From Corallococcus sp. AB032C (GTDB taxonomy: Bacteria; Myxococcota; Myxococcia; Myxococcales; Myxococcaceae): a stretch of 64,000 nt of DNA. A program made the position numbers and the translations under genes. Every line of letters starts with the position of its first letter. The stretch's first letter is position 1. Location: the NCBI RefSeq assembly GCF_003668935.1, contig NZ_RAWP01000027.1, positions 17,555 through 81,554 on the forward strand, read 5' to 3'. The notes below the pieces were generated by a model, which saw only the letters and a program-made list of their open reading frames with translations, was not told the origin of the DNA and ran no database searches. Below are positions 1-9,118 of the stretch, piece by piece.

Positions 1-9
1 GTCCCGCTG

Positions 10-2112
10 ATGGCCCGCCCGACCGCGCCCGCCGTGAAAACCACCCTCTTCCAGCGCCTGGGCGGCAAGGCCCCCCTGACGGCCGCCGTGCAGAAGCTCT
101 ACGCGCGGGTGATGACGGACGCGCTGCTCAAGCCCTACTTCCGCCGCGCGGACATGATCCCACTGCAGCGCCAGATGGTCGCGTTCCTCACCCAGCACCT
201 GGGCGGGCCCGTCGTCTACAAGGGCCCGTCCATGCGTGACGTGCACGCGCGCATGGAGCTCAAGCCCCATCACTTCGGGCGCGTCGCCGAGCACCTGGCC
301 ACCGTGCTGGATGAGCTGGACGTGCCGGGCTCCGTCGCCCGCGAGCTGCTGGCGGCCGTGGGCACGTTGCACGACGACATCGTGAGCAGGCCCGTCGCGA
401 AGGCCGCATCCCGGACCGCCGCCGTGAAGCGTGCTCCGGCGCGTGCCTCCCGGACGGAGGGACGCCGGGTCGCCACGGCGTCCGTGCCCGCGGCCCGGTC
501 CTCGCGGCGCCGTGCGCCCACGCCGCTCGAAGGCGCCCTGAGCGAGGCGGTGCTGGACGCGGCGAGCGTCAACCTGTTCATCCTGGACGCGGACCTGGCC
601 ATCGTCTTCTCGAACGCGTCCTCCTCGGAGGCCATCGAGCGCATCAGCCAGACGGCCGGCTTCCGCGACAGCGCGGGGGACGCGGGCAGCGACTTCCTCG
701 CCCACTTCGAGCACCAGCTGCGGATGGAGGAGGAGCGGCTGCTTGACCCCTCCGCGCTGCCGCACGAGGCCCACTTCGCGGTGGGCCCCGCCCTGCTCAA
801 GGCGCGCATCGACGGCATCTCGGGCCGGCGTGGAGCGCTCACCGGCTACGTGGTGACGTGGACGGACGTCACGGATCAGCAGCGCGCGGACACGGAATTG
901 GCGCGCCTGAGGGCCATGCTGGAGAACGCGCCCACCTGCGTGATGGTGGCCGACCTGGACCTGAAGATCGTCTACCTGAACCCCGCCTCGCGCCGGCTGT
1001 TGCAGCGCGTGGAGAAGCACCTGCCCATCGCCGCGGACCGGGTGCTGGGTTCCCACATCGACGTCTTCCACAAGGACGTGGCGTACCAGCGGAAGATCCT
1101 GGCCAACGACAAGAACCTGCCGGTGCGCGCGAACATCCCTATTGGGCCGGAGACCGCGGACCTGCTGGTGACGGCGGTGTACGACGGCCAGGGCCGCTAC
1201 CTGGGGCCCATGGTGACGTGGGAGCTGATCACGGAGAAGCTCGCCGTGCAGCAGCGCGAGAGGGATCTGGACAGCACCCTGCGCGGCATCTTCCAGGAGG
1301 TGACGCAGCACTCGCAGACGCTCGCCGCGTCGTCGCAGGAGCTGTCCAGCGTCAGCCAGCAGATGGTGAGCAACGCGCAGGAGACCGCGGCGCAGGCCAC
1401 GCAGGTGTCCGCCGGCGCCGAACAGGTCAGCCGCAACGTGCAGAGCGTCGCGTCCGGCATGGAGGAGGTCAACGCGAACATCCGCGAGGTGGCGCGCAAC
1501 GCGAGCGCCGCCGCCAAGGTGGCCTCGTCCGCGGTCAAGATGGCGGACTCCACGTCCAGCGTCGTCGGCAAGCTGGGGACGAGCAGCCAGGAGATCGGCA
1601 AGGTCATCAAGGTCATCACCTCCATCGCGCAGCAGACGAACCTGCTGGCGCTCAACGCGACCATCGAGGCGGCCCGCGCCGGCGAGGCGGGCCGGGGCTT
1701 CGCGGTGGTGGCCAACGAGGTGAAGGAGCTGGCGCGCGAGACGGCCCGCGCCACGGAGGACATCGGTCAGAAGATCGGCAGCATCCAGGGCGACACCGAG
1801 GAGGTGGTCAACGCCATCCTGGAGATTGGCGCCACCATCGGCCGCATCAACGAGCTGCAGACGTCCATCGCCTCCTCCGTGGAGGAGCAGACGGCCACCG
1901 CGGGGGAGATCCTCCGCAACGTGGGCGAGGCCGCCAAGGGCAGCCAGCAGATCTCCGAGAACATGGCCGCCGTGGCGGAGGCCGCGCGCAGCACCACCGA
2001 GGGCGCGGGCAGCACGCAGCGATCGGCGGTGGAGCTGGCCCACATGGCGCAGTCGCTGCAACGGCTGGTCGTGCAGGTGGACACCTCCGACAAGCAGACG
2101 CGGACGAAGTAG
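10..2112 (+). CDS. Chemoreceptor fusing an N-terminal truncated hemoglobin (2/2 Hb, group I) to two PAS domains and a C-terminal methyl-accepting chemotaxis (MCP) signalling domain
   Basis: Seen: ATG at 10 and a 700-aa ORF. The N-terminus aligns along its length with trHbN (LGG...Y(B10)...Q(E7)...LGGP..Y.G..M..VH(F8)). Two PAS-like segments follow. The C-terminus is a typical MCP HAMP/signalling low-complexity region ([21 protein letters not shown]...[30 protein letters not shown]). Confidence 0.85.
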   Translation: MARPTAPAVKTTLFQRLGGKAPLTAAVQKLYARVMTDALLKPYFRRADMIPLQRQMVAFLTQHLGGPVVYKGPSMRDVHARMELKPHHFGRVAEHLATVLDELDVPGSVARELLAAVGTLHDDIVSRPVAKAASRTAAVKRAPARASRTEGRRVATASVPAARSSRRRAPTPLEGALSEAVLDAASVNLFILDADLAIVFSNASSSEAIERISQTAGFRDSAGDAGSDFLAHFEHQLRMEEERLLDPSALPHEAHFAVGPALLKARIDGISGRRGALTGYVVTWTDVTDQQRADTELARLRAMLENAPTCVMVADLDLKIVYLNPASRRLLQRVEKHLPIAADRVLGSHIDVFHKDVAYQRKILANDKNLPVRANIPIGPETADLLVTAVYDGQGRYLGPMVTWELITEKLAVQQRERDLDSTLRGIFQEVTQHSQTLAASSQELSSVSQQMVSNAQETAAQATQVSAGAEQVSRNVQSVASGMEEVNANIREVARNASAAAKVASSAVKMADSTSSVVGKLGTSSQEIGKVIKVITSIAQQTNLLALNATIEAARAGEAGRGFAVVANEVKELARETARATEDIGQKIGSIQGDTEEVVNAILEIGATIGRINELQTSIASSVEEQTATAGEILRNVGEAAKGSQQISENMAAVAEAARSTTEGAGSTQRSAVELAHMAQSLQRLVVQVDTSDKQTRTK

Positions 2113-2146
2113 CGCGGGCGGCGTCAGGCACAGGGAGCGACGGCAC

Positions 2147-3676
2147 GTGCGAACCGGATTGAAGCGGTGGTGGGAGCTGGGCCAGGTGGCCCGTGCCTCC
2201 ACGCGTCCGCGGCGGGGGTCCCGGCCCCAGGACGCGGAGCGCGCGCGGCACGAGCTGGCCCAGCGCCTGTTGGGGCTGCGCGGGCTGCCCCAGAAGGTGG
2301 GCCAGGTGCTCACGCTCGCGGAGCTGGGCGCGGACACGCCGGGGTTCGGTTCGCTCGCGGAGGCGCCCTCCCCGCTCGCCCCGGAGGCCGCGCTGGAGGA
2401 GGTGTCCCGCCGGTTGGGCCGTCCCTGGCGGGAGGTGTTCAAGTCGCTGGAGGGCGAGGGCATCGCCGCGTCGCTGGGCCAGGTGCACCGGGGCGTGCTG
2501 CATGACGGGCGCACCGTGGCCGTGAAGCTGCGGCACCCGGGCATCGCGGAGGCCGTGCGGGATGACCTGCGCGCGCTGGGGTGGCTTGCCGCTCCGTTGG
2601 GCGGCTGGCGCGGGAAGCTGGACCTGTCCGCCTACCGCCACGAGCTGGCCCGCATGCTCCAGGGCGAGCTGGACTATCGCCACGAGGCCCAGGCGCTGCA
2701 GGACGCGGGCACTCGCATGGCGGAGGTGCCGGGCGTCGTCATCCCCGTGCCGGTGGATGAACTCACGCGGGAAGACCTGCTGGTGATGACGTGGGTGGAG
2801 GGCACGTCGCTCGCGGAGGGCTGGCGCTGGAGCGAAGCGGACCGCCGCGCGCTGTCCACGACGCTGGTCCGGCTGTTCCTCCACGGCTGCTTCACGTGGG
2901 GCGCGCTCCACGCGGATCCGCACCCGGGCAACTACCGCGTGTCGCGGGGACCGGACGGCAAGCCCGTGCTGGGAGTGCTCGACTTCGGCTGCGTGAAGAC
3001 ACTGCCGCCGGAGCTGCCCGTGGGGCTGGGGCGGTTGATCACGCTCCTGAACTGTCCGAGCACGCCGCCGCGCCCGGAGCAGCTCCTGTCCGCGTGGGTG
3101 ATGCTGGGCTTCGCGCCGGAGCTGCTGGAGCCCATGGCGGAAGCGCTGCCCGCCGTCAGCCGAGTGCTGCTGGAGCCCTTCCTCCTGGACCAACCCTTCC
3201 ACGCGCGAAGCTGGCGCCTGGGCGAGCGGCTCACCGAGGCACTGGGGCCGCACCGCTGGAACTTCCGCGCGGCGGGGCCCGCGTCGCTCTTGTTCGTCCT
3301 GCGCGCGTTCCACGGGCTGGTGCGACACCTGGACGTGCTGGATGCGCCCATCGCATGGGGACCCCTCCTGGATGAGGCCCGCGCCCCGTCACTGCCGCCT
3401 CCGCCATCGCCGTCGGCGGCTCCCGTGGAGGGCACCGCGCGCTACCTGAAGGTCCAGGTGACGGAAGGAGGGCGGACGCGCGTCGCGCTCACCTTCCGCG
3501 CGGACGTGACGGCGCACCTGGAGGACCTGCTGCCGGAGGACCTGCCTCGCAAGCTGGCGGCGCGGGGCGTGGATCCGGCGGCCATTGGTATCGCGGCGGT
3601 CGCGGCGGGTCTGCGGCCGTCGGAGTTGTTCCACCTGGACGAGGGCCGCCGGCGTGTCCGGGTCTGGCTCGAATGA
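2147..3676 (+). CDS. ABC1/UbiB-family atypical protein kinase (AarF domain)
   Basis: Seen: ABC1 motifs (AASLGQVHRGVL.DGRTVAVKLRHPG, GALHADPHPGN, LDFG). The listed ORF starts at 1826 inside the MCP gene. The in-frame GTG at 2147 is preceded by a GGGAG Shine-Dalgarno-like site and is taken as the start (uncertain). Confidence 0.7.
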   Translation: MRTGLKRWWELGQVARASTRPRRGSRPQDAERARHELAQRLLGLRGLPQKVGQVLTLAELGADTPGFGSLAEAPSPLAPEAALEEVSRRLGRPWREVFKSLEGEGIAASLGQVHRGVLHDGRTVAVKLRHPGIAEAVRDDLRALGWLAAPLGGWRGKLDLSAYRHELARMLQGELDYRHEAQALQDAGTRMAEVPGVVIPVPVDELTREDLLVMTWVEGTSLAEGWRWSEADRRALSTTLVRLFLHGCFTWGALHADPHPGNYRVSRGPDGKPVLGVLDFGCVKTLPPELPVGLGRLITLLNCPSTPPRPEQLLSAWVMLGFAPELLEPMAEALPAVSRVLLEPFLLDQPFHARSWRLGERLTEALGPHRWNFRAAGPASLLFVLRAFHGLVRHLDVLDAPIAWGPLLDEARAPSLPPPPSPSAAPVEGTARYLKVQVTEGGRTRVALTFRADVTAHLEDLLPEDLPRKLAARGVDPAAIGIAAVAAGLRPSELFHLDEGRRRVRVWLE

Positions 3677-3698
3677 AGCACGGACAAGGAGGTGACGG

Positions 3699-4034
3699 AT
3701 GGTCACCATCGGCATGAACTACGAAGTGCGTGAGGGCAAGGCGGAAGCCTTCGAGCGGAAGTTCGCGCTGGTGCTGGAGGCGATGCGCACGCTGCCGACG
3801 CACGCTCACACGGAGCTGTTCAAGAGCGTGGGAGCGCCGGGGCGCTACCTCATCGTCTCAGAGTGGCACAGCCGCGAGGGCTTCGACGCCTTCGTCGCGT
3901 CCGAGGCCTTCCACCGCGTGACGGACTGGGGCGCCAGCGCCATCCTCGCGAGCCGTCCGCGCCACGAGGTGTATGGCGAAAGTGCCTCCAGCGCCCTCGT
4001 GGGCCGCTGCCCGGTCGCGCACGCGGCGCGGTGA
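3699..4034 (+). CDS. Antibiotic-biosynthesis-monooxygenase (ABM) domain protein
   Basis: Seen: 111 aa; GGAGG precedes the ATG; fold pattern YxVxxGxxxxFExxF...SEWxSxExFxAFxxSExF typical of ABM/Dabb proteins. Confidence 0.7.
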   Translation: MVTIGMNYEVREGKAEAFERKFALVLEAMRTLPTHAHTELFKSVGAPGRYLIVSEWHSREGFDAFVASEAFHRVTDWGASAILASRPRHEVYGESASSALVGRCPVAHAAR

Positions 4035-4045
4035 AGCGGGTGCGA

Positions 4046-5110
4046 ATGAACGCCATCCGGGTCCTCGTGGTCGACGACGCGGCCGTGGTGCGGCGGCAGG
4101 TGTCGCTGCTGCTGGGCGCGGCTCCGGGCCTGGAGGTCGTCGCCACCGCGCCCAATGGCCGCATCGCCCTGGCGAAGGTGGAGCAGTTCCAGCCGGACGT
4201 CGTGCTGTTGGACCTGGAGATGCCGGAGCTGGACGGGCTGGAGACGCTGAAGCTCCTGCGCCAACGAGCCCCGGAGTTGCCCGTGGTGATGTTCAGCGCG
4301 CTCACCGAACGCGCGGGCGTGTTGACCCTGGAGGCGCTCGCGCTGGGGGCCCGCGACTACGTGACGAAGCCCACGTCCGCGGGCGGGATGAACATCACCG
4401 TGGAGGCCGTGCGGGACGAACTGGTGCGCAAGCTCAAGGCGCTGAACGTGCGCACGCCGTCCGCCACGCCCTCGCCTCCACTGGTGACGCGCGAGCCGCA
4501 GTCCAGACCGCGAGTTCCCGCGCGGGTGGAGGCCATCGTCGTCGGCGCGTCCACCGGAGGCCCTGGCGCGCTGGTGCGCCTGGTGTCCACGCTGCCCGCG
4601 GACCTGCCGGTGCCGGTGTTCATCGTGCAGCACATGCCGCCCCTCTTCACCCGGCTGCTCGCGGAGCGGTTGCAGGGCGTGACGCCGCTCACCGTGCGCG
4701 AGGCGGTGACCGGCGCATCCGTGAATGCGGGCGAGGTTTGGGTCGCTCCCGGCGACTTCCACCTGGCCGTGTGCCGGGATGCGACGGGCGTGCGGCTGCT
4801 CACGCACCAGGGGCCGGCGGAGAACGCGTGCCGTCCGGCGGTGGACCTGCTCTTCCGCTCCGCGGCGGAGGTGTACGGCGCGGGGGTGCTGGCGGTGGTG
4901 CTCACCGGCATGGGCCAGGACGGGCTGCGCGGCTGCCGGAGGGTGAACGAGGCAGGCGGTCAGGTGGTGGTGCAGGACCAGGCCAGCTGCGTCGTCGGCA
5001 GCATGCCGGGTGCGGTGGAACAAGCGGGGCTCGCGGATGCCGTGGTGCCCCTGGAGGCGCTGTCCCTGGAGCTGGCGCGGCGCGTGGATCCGCGCGGACG
5101 GAGGACCTGA
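4046..5110 (+). CDS. cheB: Chemotaxis response regulator protein-glutamate methylesterase CheB
   Basis: Seen: N-terminal receiver (VLVVDDAAVVRR...DVVLLDLEMPELDG) and C-terminal CheB methylesterase (VVGASTGGPGAL, VQHMPP, VVVQDQAS). ATG at 4046 is in frame with ORF 3863..5110. Confidence 0.85.
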   Translation: MNAIRVLVVDDAAVVRRQVSLLLGAAPGLEVVATAPNGRIALAKVEQFQPDVVLLDLEMPELDGLETLKLLRQRAPELPVVMFSALTERAGVLTLEALALGARDYVTKPTSAGGMNITVEAVRDELVRKLKALNVRTPSATPSPPLVTREPQSRPRVPARVEAIVVGASTGGPGALVRLVSTLPADLPVPVFIVQHMPPLFTRLLAERLQGVTPLTVREAVTGASVNAGEVWVAPGDFHLAVCRDATGVRLLTHQGPAENACRPAVDLLFRSAAEVYGAGVLAVVLTGMGQDGLRGCRRVNEAGGQVVVQDQASCVVGSMPGAVEQAGLADAVVPLEALSLELARRVDPRGRRT

Positions 5111-5112
5111 AC

Positions 5113-6003
5113 ATGTCCCTGCTTCCCGACGACTTCGCGTACCTGCGGCAGCGCGTGCTGCGCCGCTCCGGGCTCGTGCTGGAGTCCGACACGTACGCGC
5201 TGGTGGAGACGCGGCTCACGCCCCTCATGCGCGAGGAACGGCTGCCGGACCTCTCCTCCCTGGTCTCGCGGTTGCGCTCGCAGCCGGAGGGCAGTCCGCT
5301 GCACCAGCGGCTGGCGGAAGCGCTGGCCAACCACGAGACGGCCTTCTTCCGCGACGCGCCCGTCTTCGAGGCCCTGCGAACCACGGTGCTGCCCACGCTG
5401 CTGGCCAGGCGCATCCGCACGCGGACGCTGCGCATCTGGTGCGCGGCATGTGCCTACGGTCAGGAGCCCTACAGCGTCGCGATGACGCTGGCCGAGGCCG
5501 GGCTGCTCATCACCGGATGGACGGTGCGCATCCTCGCCACGGACTTCTCCACCCGCGCGATCGTGCGCGCCTGCGAGGCCCGCTACGACGCGAAGGAGAT
5601 CCACCGGGGCCTGACTCCCGAGCTGCGCCAGCGCTACTTCCACCAGGAGCGCGACGGGTGGCGGCTGAGCGAACAGGTGCGCAAGCCGGTGGAGTTCCGG
5701 CCGCTCAACCTGATGGAGGACTTCCCGCTGGAAGCGCCCGTGGATCTCGTCTTCCTGCGCAACGTGATGATCTACTGGGACGCGCCCACCCGGCGCGCGG
5801 TGCTCGCCCGCGTGCGGCGGATGCTCCACTCGGACGGCTACCTGGTGCTGGGCGCCGCGGAGGCCTCGCCCCTGGTGGAGGACGGCTTCACGCGGCACCT
5901 GATTGGACAGACGAGCTGGTACCGCCCCACGCCCGCCTCGACTGGCGTCGGCGCGCCCGTGGAGGACGTGCGGCGCTCGCCCCGCTCCGGCGCTACACCT
6001 TGA
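5113..6003 (+). CDS. cheR: Chemotaxis protein methyltransferase CheR
   Basis: Seen: CheR N-terminal helical region and SAM-dependent methyltransferase region (RIWCAACAYGQEPYSVAMTL, FLRNVMIYWD). ATG at 5113 lies 2 nt after the cheB stop. Confidence 0.85.
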   Translation: MSLLPDDFAYLRQRVLRRSGLVLESDTYALVETRLTPLMREERLPDLSSLVSRLRSQPEGSPLHQRLAEALANHETAFFRDAPVFEALRTTVLPTLLARRIRTRTLRIWCAACAYGQEPYSVAMTLAEAGLLITGWTVRILATDFSTRAIVRACEARYDAKEIHRGLTPELRQRYFHQERDGWRLSEQVRKPVEFRPLNLMEDFPLEAPVDLVFLRNVMIYWDAPTRRAVLARVRRMLHSDGYLVLGAAEASPLVEDGFTRHLIGQTSWYRPTPASTGVGAPVEDVRRSPRSGATP

Positions 6004-6913
6004 GGCGGATGGCGCCCGGCAACAGCGTCATGGTGCAGGGCAGCCGGCCCGGCGTCTCGCCGTCCACGTCCAGGAACACGTCGCCCGTCAGCGGCTCCGC
6101 GTGGAGGGTCCGGCAGCGCAGCCGCCGCGTGCCCTTCCAGGTGACGTGGTCGCCGTTGTAGACGCCCTTGGACTTGAGGACGAAGTCGGACAGGCCGTAG
6201 TTGGACCAGATGGTGACGTCGAAGAGGCCGTCGTGCGTCACCGCGTCGGGCGCCACGAACATGCCGCTGCCGAAGTAGCGGCCGTTGGCGACGGCCACCG
6301 CGGTGACGCTCACCGTCTCCGGCTCGCCGCCGTCCACCGTGAGGCGCACCTGCTGCTCCTGGTACTTGATGAGGCCCTTCACGGTGCCCCACATGAAGCT
6401 CAGGTTGCCGCCCAGCGCCTTGCTGCCCTGGTTCACCTCGCGGGCCACCACCGCGCTCACGCCGAACGAGGCGATGTTGGCGAAGAAGCGCGTGGCCGGC
6501 TTGCCGTCGTTGTCGGTGAACTCCAGCTGCCCCACGTCGAAGGGCTCGGTGGTCTCCGTGCGCAGCCGCTCCAGCGCGGACGTCAGCTCCAGGTCCCAAC
6601 CGAAGGTGCGGCGGAAGTCGCCGCCCGTGCCTCGGGGCAACAGGCCCAGCGTGGCCCGGGGGTTGATGACCTGTCCGTCGCGGAAGAAGCCGTTGGTGAC
6701 CTCGTTGAGGGTGCCGTCGCCGCCCACCGCGACGATGCACTCAAAACCGTCATCGATGGCCTGCCGCGCCAGACGCGCCGCATCCATGCCGCCGCTGGTG
6801 AAGCCGTACCCGAAGTCGCCGAGCACCTTGCCCACCTGCGCGGAGATCTCCACCCATCGCTTCCCCGTCTGCCCGTTGGCGCTGCGCGGGTTGACCACGA
6901 GGAACGTCTTCAT
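5993..6913 (-). CDS. Diacylglycerol-kinase catalytic-domain lipid kinase (YegS/DgkA-like)
   Basis: Seen: MKTFLVVNPRSANG...IVAVGGDGTLNEV motif typical of the DAGK_cat family; convergent with cheR and overlapping it by about 11 nt. Confidence 0.75.
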   Translation of the reverse strand: MKTFLVVNPRSANGQTGKRWVEISAQVGKVLGDFGYGFTSGGMDAARLARQAIDDGFECIVAVGGDGTLNEVTNGFFRDGQVINPRATLGLLPRGTGGDFRRTFGWDLELTSALERLRTETTEPFDVGQLEFTDNDGKPATRFFANIASFGVSAVVAREVNQGSKALGGNLSFMWGTVKGLIKYQEQQVRLTVDGGEPETVSVTAVAVANGRYFGSGMFVAPDAVTHDGLFDVTIWSNYGLSDFVLKSKGVYNGDHVTWKGTRRLRCRTLHAEPLTGDVFLDVDGETPGRLPCTMTLLPGAIRLKV

Positions 6914-7070
6914 TCAGTGCCTTCTCCCTGCTGCGAGAACGACCTGTTTACGCAATTGTGAGCCCAGGCTCCACTCCGTGACCCACGGGAGGGCCTTATC
7001 GCCCGGGGTGTTTGTCACCCGGCCCCGGCCATGCTGGGCTCTCCGCCCCCCATTTCGTCCCGGATCCCGA

Positions 7071-7748
7071 GTGAATGCCCCGTCCTCCACCGAGCAGCTC
7101 GCGCCCCACCGGGAGGCCACACTCGCCCTGGACTGGGCGCTGCCCGCGCTCCGAGCGGACCTGGCGGCGGCGGCGCGTCAGCCCTTCCGGGAGACAGGGG
7201 CCCAGGAGGAGTTCCTGCACCGTCATGACGCACCAGCCCATGAAGCCCAGGGGCCTGCGCGGACGGGGCGCTTCGAACGGGCCCTGGACCGGGTGCGGCG
7301 GTTCGCGGACATGGGCGAGCCGCTGACCTTCGCCCGGATGGTGGAGATCCAGTCGGAGCTCCTGGGGGCGCCCACGGGCTTCCGCACCGGAGACGCGTTC
7401 GCGCGGGGAGGCGCGCACCGCTATGCGCAAGCGCCCGGCCTGGAGGCGACCTTCCGCGACAAGGTGGAAGCGGACGCGCGGGAAGAGCGTCACCCGGTGG
7501 TACATGCCACGCGGTTGTACCTGGACCTGTGTTTCTTCCACCCCTTCCCGGACGGCAACGCCCGCGCGGCGCGGCTGTGGCTGGAATACATGCTGCGCCG
7601 GGGCCAGCTGCCCACGCCACCGTTGGCGCCCGTGGTGCTGTGGCCCAAGCGTCCGGGGGACGCGGTGAACTACACACGGCTGGCGAGGCTGCTGGCCCGG
7701 ACCATCGCGGGGCCGGACGCCCCGTGCCCCAACGAGGTGCCTGAATGA
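7071..7748 (+). CDS. Fic/Doc family protein (putative AMPylator)
   Basis: Seen: core motif HPFPDGNARAARLW (HxFx(D/E)GNxRxxR with Ala in place of the second Gly). The start is uncertain. GTG at 7071 is the first plausible in-frame start after the divergent upstream gene; the listed ORF start at 6285 is antisense read-through. Confidence 0.65.
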   Translation: MNAPSSTEQLAPHREATLALDWALPALRADLAAAARQPFRETGAQEEFLHRHDAPAHEAQGPARTGRFERALDRVRRFADMGEPLTFARMVEIQSELLGAPTGFRTGDAFARGGAHRYAQAPGLEATFRDKVEADAREERHPVVHATRLYLDLCFFHPFPDGNARAARLWLEYMLRRGQLPTPPLAPVVLWPKRPGDAVNYTRLARLLARTIAGPDAPCPNEVPE

Positions 7749-8410
7749 GCAGTGACGCTTCGGCTTTCACGTGGCGCGGCATCCGCGACAGCCTGGAGGC
7801 CTATGCACCGCAAGCGCTGGCGGCCCGGCTGCGGGAGGCCTTGGCCCCCTTGCGGTCCGGAGTCATTGCGCAAGGCCAGCTCAAGCAGGCGAAGAACGTC
7901 GTGAAGGACCTGCTCCAGGCCGAACTGGGGCCCTGGTACACGGAGAGTGGCCTGCCCCTGGGCAATGAAGTGCTGGGGGGCTATTGCTGGTGTCACTCGT
8001 TCTTCAACCAGAACCCGCCGCATCGGACGATGGACGTGGATGCGAACATCCAGCTCATGCTGGAGGCGCTGGAGCGGATCCGTTCGTTTCTGTACGCGCT
8101 GGACGGCGTGTATCAGGCCGCGCGCAGTCAGCTCGAGTTGGCGGCCGACGACAGGGCTCTCCGGGCGAAGGCGCTCGCGGAAGGGCTGGTGCGGACCGTG
8201 GACCTGACGGCGGAGACGACGTCCTGCGAGGAGACCTGGTACCAGGTCGCGCAGGACGCCATGTCGTGGTGCATCGAGGCGATGGGACTGCCCTTGTCGG
8301 ACGCCACGCAGGAGCAGTTGGACACGGCCTTCGTCTTCACGTCCTGGCTGGCGCCGCCCCCGGAGGTCCTCCGGGACGCCGCGGCGCGGGTCGCGGAGGT
8401 GGCCGTATGA
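7745..8410 (+). CDS. Hypothetical protein, paralog A of a Fic-associated pair (conserved LGPWYTE.GL.LGNE...GGYCWCH.FF...CEE.WY motifs)
   Basis: Seen: ATGA overlap with the Fic stop. 221 aa. About 40% identical to the next gene across the full length. Confidence 0.7.
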   Translation: MSSDASAFTWRGIRDSLEAYAPQALAARLREALAPLRSGVIAQGQLKQAKNVVKDLLQAELGPWYTESGLPLGNEVLGGYCWCHSFFNQNPPHRTMDVDANIQLMLEALERIRSFLYALDGVYQAARSQLELAADDRALRAKALAEGLVRTVDLTAETTSCEETWYQVAQDAMSWCIEAMGLPLSDATQEQLDTAFVFTSWLAPPPEVLRDAAARVAEVAV

Positions 8411-9102
8411 CCCGGTCGGCCCTGGGACATTGGCTGCTCATCCGCGACAGCCTGGACGGGTATGACCCGGAGAAGCTCATCCGGTTGCTGCGCGAATACC
8501 TGGCGCCGCGCGTGCCCCCGGGGACGCGCAAGCTCACGGACGAGCAGCACGACACGATGGCGAAGCACATCCAGCGGATGCTCAACCAGAACCTGGGGCC
8601 CTGGTACACGGAGACGGGTCTGTATCTGGGCAATGAGAGCTTCGGCGGCTACTGCTGGTGCCACCGTTTCTTCAGACAGAAGCCCGCCCCTAACATGAGC
8701 GTGGAATACAACATCCAGCTCATCATCAACGCGCTGGAGCAGTCGCGCGAATGGCTGTTCAAGCTGGATGCCCACTTCCAGGCGCTGAAGCGGGACCTGC
8801 CGTCCGGCCCCGGCGACAATGACATCCGGACGCTGGCGCTGGCGGATGGACTCGTCACCACGATGAACCTCACCATGGACGCCACGGGCTGCGAGGAGTC
8901 CTGGTACACCTTCGCGGACGAAGCGCTGTCCTGGATGTTCGACGCCATCGAACTGCGCCCCGGCTATCAGGCCGGGAAGCTGATGCGGAAGCTGTTCGCC
9001 TTCGAGTCCTGGCACTCGCCGCCCGAAGCGGAGCTGCGTGACTCGGCGGAGAAGGTGGCGGCGGCCGTCGTGGAAGACGAGGGCCGCCGGCACACGCATT
9101 GA
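8407..9102 (+). CDS. Hypothetical protein, paralog B of the Fic-associated pair
   Basis: Seen: ATGA overlap with paralog A. Shares LGPWYTETGLYLGNE, GGYCWCHRFF, NIQL and CEESWY blocks with paralog A. ATG at 8407 is in frame with ORF 7984..9102. Confidence 0.7.
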   Translation: MTRSALGHWLLIRDSLDGYDPEKLIRLLREYLAPRVPPGTRKLTDEQHDTMAKHIQRMLNQNLGPWYTETGLYLGNESFGGYCWCHRFFRQKPAPNMSVEYNIQLIINALEQSREWLFKLDAHFQALKRDLPSGPGDNDIRTLALADGLVTTMNLTMDATGCEESWYTFADEALSWMFDAIELRPGYQAGKLMRKLFAFESWHSPPEAELRDSAEKVAAAVVEDEGRRHTH

Positions 9103-9118
9103 TCCGCGCACCCCTCCC

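Noticed and set aside
3845-5898. ORFs 3845..5023(-), 4357..4911(-), 4960..5898(-) and 3973..6003(+) overlapping cheB/cheR
   Set aside because: They are antisense or out-of-frame relative to clearly identified CheB and CheR coding frames. Their composition is the skewed type seen in high-GC read-through ORFs, and no domains were recognised.
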